A stretch of DNA of 64,000 nucleotides from the NCBI RefSeq assembly GCF_963921235.1, contig NC_086109.1, positions 22,322,001-22,386,000 on the forward strand, given 5' to 3'. Shown piece by piece: positions 12,741 to 24,455 of this stretch. This DNA comes from Mobula hypostoma. Taxonomy: Eukaryota. Both the position numbers and the translations under genes were made by a program. A model generated the notes under the pieces. It was not told where the DNA came from and searched no databases. It saw nothing but the letters and a program-made list of their open reading frames with translations. Positions within the stretch are counted from its first letter, which is position 1. Every line of letters starts with the position of its first letter.

Positions 12741-13760
12741 CACATATAATTTATCAGCAAAGACTCAATATCCTGGAAACAGAAAAAGGTATTACTTCCC
12801 ACTAAATCAACATACAGATCCTCATGGAGAGCAGTGGCATCTTATTTTAATTTTGGTGAAGACTGAATGGACAACACATTCGTGAATTGGAACTAAATAG
12901 AAAATTTGTATTGGGTATTCTGTTACTTACTTTTGATCCAACTACAAACGTTTGTATGTTATTAATCTAAATGCAGCAGGTCAGAAGAAAATGAAACCAA
13001 TTTTACAAAGGCACACATGACACAAGATTATGGGATGTTTCTCAGTAAAATATTCTCTCAAATGTTCAATTTCCAGCACTGTTAACTTACACCTTCTTTA
13101 GAAAACAAACTGAATTGCTGAATGCAATTTTCACCACAAATTCCTGCTGCCTCATTAAAAAAAGATAAATATAGCTCATTCAAAATCCTGACACCTCCAA
13201 GCATATTTTTGGAATGCTATTAGAATTTGGACAGAGTGATTGAGCTGGACGTTTGACTGGAGACTTTGGAACTGAGCCTTCAATCTAAGGAATGTTTTTA
13301 GCTTTGCTGAAAAACAGGAAACAGGTTTGGAAGGGCAGGGAAATTGCATTCCTCAAGTGCTCAAAGCTTACAAAGCAAGTCAAGGGAGAGAATTTTGCAG
13401 ATGTGAAGATAGCTCTAGGCACATAACATAGGCAAAAACCTACAGACACTTCCAATTTTGTAGAGCGACTGTTACTCAGCAACCTTATTTCCCCAACAAA
13501 AACCAAATACACTAGAAATTTCAACAGGTCAGGCAGCTTTAGTGGAAAGAGACAGAGATGTTGCTACAGGTCAAAGACCCTGTCAGTAAAATGTAAACAC
13601 AAGTTAGTTTTAAACTGCAGAAGTGTGTGAGTCAAGGGTGAATTCAACAAAGGGGATATCTCTGATAGGGTGAGGCCAGGGTTGTCATGGTGATAAGATG
13701 GAAAATGCAGAGCAGTCAGAAACATTCAGTCTGTTAGGCTGTTCCAGCAGAAAGAAATAT

Positions 13761-14044
13761 AGAGATTAGCTTTATTTCTCACATGTACATCAAAACGTAC
13801 AGTGAAATGAGTCATTTGTGTAAAATCAAATTAGTGAGGATTGTGATGAGGCAGTCTGCGTGTGTTGGCACGCTTTTAGTGCCAACATAGAATGCCCACA
13901 ACTACCCAACCCTAACCATATGTCTTTGGACTGTGGGAGGACATGGGAGGTCCTGGAGGAATAGAAACTCCTTGTACATAGCTGTGGGAATTAAACCCCA
14001 ATTGGTGATTACTGGTGCTGTGTTGCGCTAACCACTACACTACC
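13761..14044 (-). mobile_element. V-SINE-like element, same family as 5715-5991
   Basis: Plus strand AGATTAGCTTTATTTCTCACATGTACATC...GGGAATTAAACCCC...CGCTAACCACTACACTACC. Confidence 0.75.
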
Positions 14045-14809
14045 AAGAGTCATTAATGCAGACAGATGATCTAGAGCAAAACTGGCTAATTCAGATATAA
14101 ACAATTACCCAAAACTGCTGGATTAGAGATACATCCAGGAAGAATACAACTTGAGACAGAAGACAAGGCACTGTTCCTCAAGCGTATGTGAGGCCTTGTT
14201 ATATGAGCGCAGGACAGAAGAGAAAGGTGAATTACAGTGACAAGAAGCTCAGTCACTTCTACAGAACTGAATGCCAGTGCTTAGCTAAGTGATCACCCAA
14301 CTGTTTGCTGCCCCAATGTAGAGGAGTCCGCATCATGCTCACCTAATGCAGAACACAAATTTGCAAGTGCAATTGATTTGCTGGTTCTTTACTTGTAAAT
14401 AACTGAGGTAAAGAGGTTTAAAAAAAAATGGGCACTGCCTAGCCTGCAGCTGCATAGGGAAATACCGTAAGAAATCAAGTTCTTGGTAGAGACTTTTGGA
14501 GCTAAGGAGGGGAGTAGGAGATGTGTCTGGTAATGGAATCACATTGAAAACAGCAGAGATTGCAAAGGATGATCCATTAGTGGATGGAAATTAAGGACTA
14601 TAGGAACACTAAACCTCATTTCCTTTGCTAAACTCATATGCCAGTGCACAAGTCACGAGCACATTGCAAAGCAGAATCGACAGGCCGAATGGTCTAATTC
14701 TGCTCCTACGTTTTAGAGTCTTGCATTGCTTGGGTGAGGTAACATATAAAAATAGACATAATGTTGTGCTGAGAATTAATTTGTGAGGAATAGGTTAATA
14801 GAAAAGATA

Positions 14810-16408
14810 AGACCGTTAGTAACAGGAGCAGAATTAGGTCGTTCAACCCATTGAGTCTACTCTACCATTTCATCATGGCTGATCCATTTTCTCTCTCAAC
14901 CACATACTCCTGCCTTCTCCCTGTATGCTTTCACACACTGATTAATCAAGAAACCGTCAACCTCCGCCTTAAATACACCAAAGACCAAACCTCCACAGCA
15001 ACAAATTCCACAGATTCACCACACTCTGGCTAAAAATTTCCTCATCTCCTTTCTAAATGGCCATCCCTCTTTTCCAGGAGCTCCCAACATATGGACCCCT
15101 TAGTAAGCATACATAGCATAAAAAGGTTGGGAATCCCCTGCTCTATTCTGAGACTGTGCCCCTGGTCCTATATTCCCACCTCTCCACATCCACTCTATCT
15201 AGGCCTTTCAATATCTAAAAGGATTCAATGAGATCCCCCTTATTCTTTAAAGATCCATCGAGTACAGGCCGAAAGCCAAACACTCCGCATATGCCCCTTT
15301 CATTCCCAGAATCATTCTCGTAAACCTCCTCAGAACCTCCCCAATGTCAGCACATCCTTTCTTAGATAAGGACCCAAAGCTACTCACAAAACTCCAAGTG
15401 AGGCCTCAGCAGTGCCTTAGAAAGCCTCAATATTCTATCTTTGCTTTTATATTCTAGTCCTCATGAAATGAATGCTAACATTGTATTTGCCTTCCCCACC
15501 ACTGACTCAAACTGTAAATTAACCTTCAGGGAATCCTGCATGAGGACTCCAAAGTCCCTTTGCATCTTGGATTTTTGAATTTTCTGTCCATTTAGAAAAT
15601 AGTCTACGCTTTTGTTCTTTCTACCAAAGTGCACCACCATACACTTCCCGACACTGCATTCTATCTGTTACTTCTTTGCCCATTCTCCTAATCTGTTGAA
15701 GTCCATCAGCAACACCCCTGCTTTTCTCCACTTATCTTTGTATTGTCCGCAAACAAAGCCATCAATTCCTTCACCTAAATCATTGACATACAAGGTGAAA
15801 AGGAGAGGTCCTAGCATTGATCCTGAAGAACACTACTAGTCACTGGCAGCCAACCAGAAAAGGCTCCCTTTATTACCAATCTTTGCCTCCTGTCAATCAG
15901 TCAATGCTCTATCCATGCTAGTATCTGTCCTCTTGTTAAGCAGTCTCATGTGCAGCACCTCGTCAAAAGCCTTCTGAAAATCCAAGTACACAACATCCAC
16001 CAATTTTCCTTCATCTATCCTGCTTGGTATTTCCTCAAAGAATTCCAAGAGATTTGTCAGGCAAGAGTTTCCCTTAAGGAAATTATGCTGGCTTTGGCCT
16101 ATTTCATCATGTGTCTCTAAGTATCCTGAGACCTCATCCTTAAAAATTGACTCCAGCATCTTCCCAACCACTCAGATCAAGCTAGCTGTCCTATAATTTC
16201 CCTTCTTCTGCTTTTCCCCCTTTTTGAAAAGTGGAGTGACATTTGCAATTTTTTAGGCCTACAAAACTATTTAAGAATCTAGTGTTGGTTTTCACAAGCT
16301 TCCCAATCCTTTAACTTATTACTAATTCTTGCTCCATCATATGCCCTCTCTTTTGTTTTTATGTTGTTTTTGACTTCCCCTTGTCAGTCGTAGTTGCGTT
16401 ACCTTGCC
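14810..16408 (-). mobile_element. CR1 LINE ORF2 (RT) remnant
   Basis: ORF 15893-16171: VGKMLESIFKD..QSQHNFLKGNSCLTNLLEFFEE..VDVVYLDFQKAFDEV. Confidence 0.9.
15075..15140. mobile_element. 66-bp hAT MITE
   Basis: CAGGAGCTCCCAAC...GGTTGGGAATCCCCTG flanked by CTCTTTTC / CTCTATTC (8-bp TSD, 7/8 match). Confidence 0.75.
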
Positions 16409-16483
16409 GAGTTCAGTCTAATCATGATCAACCTCTCAAAGCATTTCATCACTGTGGACGTTGAGTGCTACCAGGCGATAGTC

Positions 16484-17520
16484 CCATCCTTAGCTGTATC
16501 ATTCTGGTTCCCATTCCCCTGCCAAATTAGTTTAAACTTTCCCCAACAGCTCTAGCAAACTTGCCTGCCAAGATATTGGTCCCCCTCAGGTTCAAGTGTA
16601 ACCCATCTCTTTTGTGCAGGTCATACGTTCCCCGAGGATCCAGAAATCTGCACTAGTTCTTCATCTACGTATTCATCTGCTAAATCATCCTACTCTTACT
16701 CTCACTGATTCGTGGCACAAGCAGCAATCTAGAAATTACTACCCTGGAGGTCTTGCTTTTCAGTTTTCTACCTAACTCCCCAAATTCTCCCTTCAGGATA
16801 TCCTCCCTTTTCCTACCTATGTCATTGGTGCCAATATGTACTGAGGCCTCTGGTTGTTTACCCTCCCCCCTGTAGAATGCTGTGGATCTGATCCGAGATG
16901 TCCTTGACCCTGGCACCTGTGAGGCAACATACCATCCAGATGTCTCCTTCATGTCTACAGAATCCCACGTCTACTCCTCTACCTATGGTCTCCCCTATCA
17001 CTACTGCAATCCTCTTTTCCCTCTTTCCCTTCTGAGCCACAGCACCAGACTTAGTGCCAGAGATCCAGTAACTGCGGCTCCTCCCGGTAAGTCATTCCCT
17101 CCGCAACAGTATCCAAAGAGGTATACTTATTATTGAGGGAAACCGTCACAAGGGCATTCTGCAATGGCTGTCCAATTCCTTTCCCTCTCCTGACAGTCAC
17201 CCAGGTACCTGCCTCCTGAAACTTAAGAATGACTACCTCTCTGTAACTCCTCAGTTCCCCGCATGAGCCAAAGCTCTAGTTCCTTAACATGTTCTCTGAG
17301 GAGCCGCAGCTCGGTGTACCTGGTGCAGATGTGATTATCCAGAAGGTTTGAGGTCACCCAAATTCTCACATCTCACTCAAAGAGTACAACACAGCCCCTG
17401 GAGCCACTCTCACTGCACTAACAGATGAAAAATGAAGAAGAACCTTACCAGAAACTTACCTTGAGCAAGCCTGTTGAGCCAAAGCCTCCCCACTCTAACA
17501 ATGGCAATCCTGCTCGTTCC
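16484..17520 (-). mobile_element. CR1 LINE ORF1 (SGNH esterase-like) and 5' region
   Basis: AVVIGETIGRG..VCCLTGARVKDISD and VHIGTNDIGRK..KLKSKTSRVVIS are typical CR1 ORF1p esterase motifs. Confidence 0.85.
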
Positions 17521-17924
17521 TACCTTATATTTACTGTCCCTTGCTAATGCACTGCGATTCCCCTGGGCTGCTGGAAAAAGCTGAAAGCCTGCAAATGCTC
17601 CTTTTAAAATCCCTCACCCCAACCTATGTGTAGCCTACTTTCTCGATTTGACTGGGCCACCGGGAAAAAAAAGCAATTAGAAGGAGAGATCCAGGTACAG
17701 AAATTTTGAAGGCAGAGGAAATAGTCTGCCACACAAACCAGAGCAAGAAACACAAATGCAGCAGAACAGCTCAACATTTTGTTGGGCACAACATTAATGG
17801 AGAGAGCAATAAAGAGGCAGGGCTGAAGCTGAGGACTTTCATTGGGGATCAAAGAGCAGGAGGTTGGACAGTGAAAGCAAAGCAAGCTGCAAAATATCCA
17901 GAAAATCATTTGAACTCAACTTAT

Positions 17925-18460
17925 AACATAAAACAGTACAGCACAGTATAGGCTCTTTGTGCCGACCTTTTAACCAACTATAAGATCAAACTAAACCTTC
18001 CCTTCTACATAGTCCTCCATTACTGAATCAACCATGTGCCTAACTAAGGTTTCTTAACTGCTCCGAATGCATCTGACTCTGCCACTGCCTCAGGAAGGGT
18101 GTTCCACAGACTCACCACTCTGTGGTTAAAAAAAACACTCTGACATCCCCTCTATACTTTCTTCCAATCAGCTTAAAATTATACTTTTTTTTCCTCCAGT
18201 CCTATTTTTCCATAGATGCTGCTTGGCCTGCTGAGTTCCTCCAGCATTTTGTGTGTGTTGCTTGGATTTCCAGTATCTGTGCAGATTTTCCCTTGTTTGA
18301 AATTATGCCATCTCCTTTAGCCTTTTCCGTCCTGGCTATCCACTCAATCTATACCCTTTCATCATTTTGTACACCTTATCAAGTCACCTTTCATTCTATT
18401 TTGCTCCAGAGAGAAAAGCTCCAGTTTGCTCAACCTATCCTCACAAGGCAAACTTGTTGA
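17925..18460 (-). mobile_element. CR1 3' fragment carrying a Penelope terminal-repeat insert (18183-18299, TSD AAATTAT)
   Basis: CR1 3' UTR resumes after the insert; AAATTAT occurs at 18176-18182 and 18300-18306. Confidence 0.75.
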
Positions 18461-20022
18461 AAACTGCAATCATTAACAACTGAAAATGTACGTTTTGTTA
18501 AAGCACTAGATATAGTAAAAAAAAGGACTGTGGACCATTACAGCTTCAAGAAAAATCACTGCTGCAGGAGGAAAAAGGAAGAGCATACATGCATGTATGG
18601 AAGGAGGAATAGGAGGTCTCTTGATGCAGAGAAAGAAAAAATAGGTCATGCTCAATTGAGTAACTGAACTAAAAAGAGGAAGGATGACATTGCAGATATC
18701 ACCTTCAATTAAAAATATTTACATAAATGATGATTGTCATTATCTTGGTGCATCAAGGTTGCTTCTCATCAAAATAAGGTTTAATGTTTAGTCACTACTG
18801 TTGCATTAGAAATGAGGTAGTCAATTGCAAACATCCAACTCTCAAAAATAACAATAATGTTGGAACACCTTTGCTCTTTAAATAGCAAGTGCTATCTTTT
18901 ATAACCACCTGAAAAGACAGACATTGCCTTGTTTTAATGAAACATGGTACTTCTGTGTTAAGTTTTAGGTGAGATGTGTTAGTGTTTAGGGTAATGCTGA
19001 AACCTTCAGACTTGGGTGCAGACAAGTTGGCTCTAGGCAAAAATCATTACCAGTAAATCACATAAAAGTGAACCTGTAGCATAATGCATTTACTTACGAT
19101 GTGATCAGCAATGTTTCTTTTATTCATATACTTAATGCATCTGGAATATTATTCCCAGAATGGATAAATCATCACTTTAGCAAATCACAAATATTTAACC
19201 AGATAAAGTGAAGACCACAGGCCATTTGAGTTTAATAAAAATCTAACTAGATGTTCAAGGTTGAGGTGTACCTCCCATGTTTGTACAGGTTTATTAAACT
19301 CATTCCGGAGCAGGCCTCTTTTAAAATCGAACTGGGAATGTGGGACATCAGTTACACTGAAAACTAGATTTTAAATGCAAGTGACACAGTGCCTCTCAGA
19401 CTTACAAACAATGGCAGAATGCCTTTCCAAATTCTTTTCAAAGAGTCTATTATCTGCAAGGAAGAAAGCACAACAGGCAGTAGCATTCTTTTCTTTTTCC
19501 CAATGTAGGAAATGACAAGATAGCACAGCACAAGTATATTCTGGGAATAAGAACCAGCAAAGTATATTAAAAAAAGTACACATTTTTGATTTAGCATGAA
19601 GGGAACCATTCTAACCATTGACTAATATTCAATTTGTGAAAGAATTCAACTAGTCCACTCCCTGCCCTTAAACCACAGTCCTGATTTTTCTTCCCATAGA
19701 ATAATTTATTTAATTCAGTTTTGAAAGTTACTACCAAATTTGTTTCCATTAGTCAAATTAGTTAATTTCAAAATAGAAGAAAACAGTTGCTATGTTTCTG
19801 ATTGTCATGTGTTAATACAAGTATGTCATCTCTGGCACTTCCTCAGTTACTTTGAATTTGTAACCTCTTGCTACCACTCAGTCACACTGAGATAAGTCTG
19901 CCTTTGTGTTCTCTGCCAAAGCATGATTTTGAACTCCTCAATCAAAAATCTTCTCAAGGGAGACACATCAAGGCTTTTTCAGTCTCCCTGTGCAAGTAAA
20001 ATAAATAGAAAACACACACACA

Positions 20023-22085
20023 CAGTGCCTATGAAAAGTATTCAACACCTTTAATATGACACACCGGACCCATCACTGGTGCAGCCAATTAGTTTTAGAA
20101 GTCACATAATTAGTTAAGTGGAGATCTGTTTTTGGAGACCTGTGTGTAGTCAAGGTGTTTTAATTTATTGCAGTAAAAAATACACCTGTATCTGAAAGGT
20201 CAAATTGTTGGTGAGTCAGTATCCTGGCAAAAACTACACCATGATGGAGTTCAACCCGGAGAAGTGTGAGGTGGTACACTTTGGAATGACAAACTCCAAG
20301 GCAGAGTACAAAGTAATGGCAGGATACTTGGTAGTGTGGAGGAGCAGAGGAATCTCGGGGTACATGTCCACAGATCCCTGAAAGTTGCCTCACAGGTGGA
20401 TAGGGTAGTTAAGAAAGCTTATGGGGTGTTAGCTTTCATAAGTCGAGGGATAGAGTTTAAGAGTCGCGATGTAATGATGCAGCTCTATAAAACTCTGGTT
20501 AGGCTTCACTGTGTCCAGTTCTGGTCGCCTCACTATAGGAAGGATGTGGAAGCATTGGAAAGGATACAGAGGAGATTTACCAGGATGCTGCCTGGTTTGG
20601 AAAGTATGCATTATGATCAGAGATTAAGGGAGCTAGGGCTTTACTCTTTGGAGAGAAGGAGGATGAGAAGAGACATGATAGAGGTGTACAAGATAATAAG
20701 AGGAATAGATAGAGTGGATAGCCAGCGCCTCTTCCCCAGGGCACCACTGCTCAACACAAGAGAACATGGCTTTAAGGTAAGGGGTGGGAAGTTCAAGGGG
20801 GATAATAGAGGAAGGTTTTTTACTCAGAGAGTGGTTGGTGCGTGGAATGCACTGCCTGAGTCAGTGGTGGAGGCAGATACACTAGTGAAGTTTAAGAGAC
20901 TACTAGACAGATATATGGAGGAATCTAAGGTGGGGGCTTATATGAGAGGCAGGGTTTGAGGGTCGGCACAACATTGTGGGCCGAAGGGCCTGTACTGTGC
21001 TGTACTATTCTATGTTCTATGAAGACAGAAGAACACTCCAAGCAAAACCATGAAAAGTTTTTGAAAAGCACAAGCCAGGAGATGGCACAGTTGGAAATTT
21101 GCCTAGAGCAGGCCATCTTCAAAAACTGAGTGACTGTGCAAGAAGGGGATTGGAGATGAAGGCCACCAAGAGACCTAGGACAACTCTTAAGGAATTACAA
21201 GCTTCAGTGACAAAGAGAAAGCCAATGTTGAAAACTCACATGAAATCTTGGTTAGAGTTTGCCAGAAGTCATGTGAGAGACTCTGAAGTCAGCTGGAAGA
21301 AGGTTACATGGTCCAATGAAACCAAAATTGAGCTTTTTAGCCATCAGACTAAACACTATGTTTGGTGCAAGTCAAACACCACACATCATCAAAAGCACAC
21401 CATCCCTACCATGAAACATGGTGGTGTCTTCATCATGCTGTGAGGATGCTTCACTGCAGCAGGCCCTGGAAGACTTATGAAGGTAAAAGGCAAAATGAAT
21501 GCAGCAAAATACACGGAAATACCAGAGGAAAAGCTGGTGCAGTTTGCAAGAGAACTGTGACTTTGGAGATTTATTTTCCAGCAAGTCAATGACCCCAAGC
21601 ATAAACTCAAAGCTACACAGGAATGGGTTAACAACAAAATTAATGTCTTTGAGAGGCTAACTCAGAGTCCAGACCTCAATCCAATTTAGAATATGTGGCT
21701 GACTTGAAAAGGGCTGTTCACTCATGATCCCCATGTAATCTGACAGAGCTAGAGCAGTTTTGTAAAGAAGAATGGAGAAAAATTGCAGGGTCCAGATGTA
21801 CAAAGCTGATAGAGACCTTTCTACAAGAGTCAAGGCTGTAATTGCTGCCAAAGGTACATCTACTAAATACTGACTTGAAGGAGGTGAATACTTATGCAAT
21901 CAATTATTTTGTGGCTTATATTTGTAACTAATTTAGATCACTTTGTAGAGATCTGTTTTCACTTTGACGAGTCTTTTTCTGTTTATCAGTGTTAAAAAAG
22001 TCAAACTAAATCTATTGTGATTCAATGTTGTACAACAATAAAACATGAAAACTTTCTAGGGGGTGAATACTTTTTATAGGGTGTG
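20023..22085 (+). mobile_element. Tc1 transposon (decayed) with a CR1 insertion
   Basis: TIRs CAGTGCCTATGAAAAGTATTCA / TGAATACTTTTTATAGG. Transposase remnants [50 protein letters not shown]. Confidence 0.92.
20245..21018 (+). mobile_element. Relatively young 5'-truncated CR1 LINE
   Basis: Open 207-aa ORF2 C-terminus (20336-20959); tail TATTCTATGTTCTATG. Confidence 0.92.
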
Positions 22086-24059
22086 TGTGTACAAGCGCGC
22101 ACACACACATACAAATAATAATAGTACTCTGGTTTTTTTTATTATGTATTTCACTGTACTGTTGCCACAAAACAAATGTAACAAATAGTATGTAAGTGAT
22201 TAAACCTGATTCTGACTCTGTCACTTAGTTTGGAATGTTTTTGATCATTCTCTTACCAAGCATTTAGCTGTCATACCATGAGGCTAACCCCGCAGGAAGT
22301 ACATTAGTAGCCTTATGATTGTGCACTTTGGAGTACTTTGTTACTTAAAAACGTTGAAATTGGGTTATACTTGAGAGTTCAAGATATTAGGATGCATCAT
22401 AAAGGGTCATGGTTCTAAGTTCAATCCCTAAAAACAAACATGATTTCAATATTTTCCTCCAGTTTGGAAAAACCAGCATGCATCTCCGCTTTCTGGTTCA
22501 TAGCCAAATACACATTTCTGCTACCACAATCCGTTTATTCCCATGTGCTTTAATTTTCTTAACGTCTACTATGTGGTATTATGAAGCATACTTGGAAGTC
22601 TACATGCGTACCTACAGTAAATTTGATGCTCCAGTCTTGCAAAGAACTTCAAATTGATCATAATATAATGAAGTAAATAAATTGCACAAAATAAAGGGGA
22701 GAGGTGGGCAGGTTAGAACTAATTGTTTGGCTGGCTGGTTGTGTTGGCCGTCACTAGATGAACTTGCCTGCTTTTCTTCTACTTGTGCCATGGAACTGCT
22801 TTGTGCTTATGAGAGGGCAGACCTGACCTTGGTTTAACGTTGGTTGGGATCATGGTATCTTTAATAAGGCAGCACCCCAAGTACTGCACTAAAGTGTCAG
22901 TTGAGCTTTTAGATGATTTAAGTGACTAGTGGAATTTGAAGCCCCTAAGGCAAAAGGAAGAGTACCGGTAATAAATTCCCCAAATTAAAATACCATTGCA
23001 CATTAATACCCGATCCAAATGCGAGAATACTGCTGCCAAATCAAGGCCAAATCTAATTCTCCCTATTATAAACAAATCACTGGAGAATAGTATCCAAAGG
23101 AGAGCTTTTTGTGTTTACCAAAACCATATCACTACAACAGGCCATAGCATAAATATGGTAAGCCAGTGCATGTCACCACACTCCCAGTTGTTGTCAATGA
23201 CTAACAAAATACCTTTTAAGAACTACTTCAGAGTCAGGAATGGCACACTCTGAATTAAGACAAAATACACTGGTTCGAAGTGTCTTATTTTAAACTTCAT
23301 ACAAGTCAAATTTACATTTTAAATACTCCCAGAGGGAAAGTGAGTTACTTTAAATATTTTGAACCAAGTATGCATGCTTGTTTTTTTTTTAAAAAATGCA
23401 TCTCTGATGGGAATCAAGAATAATGGGAATCTGCAGTACGTTAATCAGGGTGATCTGAAAGAACATCTGAGGTGGAAATTAAAAGGGTTTGCTTACCCCC
23501 AATTCCGAGAAATTCTCTTGGGCTTTTACCTTATTGGTGCATGACTAACATGAAACAGGATCAACTGCCTATAGTAAAAAAGCACCACCAAAACATACTG
23601 ATTTGCGAATATACCTGGTTTCATTCACTACCCTTCACACAATTTTAACTCTTCTATATTAACAGTTATCTTCGAACAACACAAAATCTTACTTCCCAGA
23701 CACCGACCTCAAAAACAGTAAAAGTACATATTAAATTTGCTTTCCTCAGTGAAAACAGTGCTTGTTAAATACAAGTGCCAAAAGCAAAGTTATTTTTAGA
23801 ACCAAGAGATTCTGCTCACCACTCAAGAATTACCCTGAATGGCACAAAGGGTTGCTGAGGTAGATAAATAAATAATTCATTAGATTGTGTTTCCTATTTT
23901 ATTAGGATCCATCCTAAGAAAACATTTGTAGAGTGTCTTACAACGTCCTTGGGATATCCCAAAATACCTAGTAATCAATGGCTCAGTTTTAAAAGGCAGC
24001 TACTATTGTTATATCTGGATAAGCTATCCACGGCAAGATAACACAAATAGCAATATGCT

Positions 24060-24455
24060 GCCATTATAGGAGCGTTTGATGGCTCTGGTCTTGTACTTGC
24101 TGGAGTTTAGAAGAATGAGGGAGATCTCACTGAAACCTATCAAATACTGAAAGGGCCTAGGGAATTTGTTTCCTATAGTGGGGGAGTCTAGGACCAGAGG
24201 ACACTGCCTCAGAAAACAGAGGGATGTCCTTTTAGAACAGAGATTAAGAGGTTTTTTTTAAAGCCAGAGAGTGGTGACATTGGGCAAATTTAAAGTGCAG
24301 GGTTGATAGATTGCTAATCAGTAAGGGCATCAAAGGTGATGGAGAGTAGGGTGGAGAATGGTGTTGAAAAGAATAATAAACCAGTGATGATGGAATGGCA
24401 GAGCAGACTCGATGGGCCAAATGGCCTAACTCTGCTCCGATGTCTTATAGTCTTA
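24060..24455 (+). mobile_element. CR1 3' fragment
   Basis: GAGCGTTTGATGGCTCTGGTC..CTGGAGTTTAGAAGAATGAG..; tail TCTTATAGTCTTA. Confidence 0.75.
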
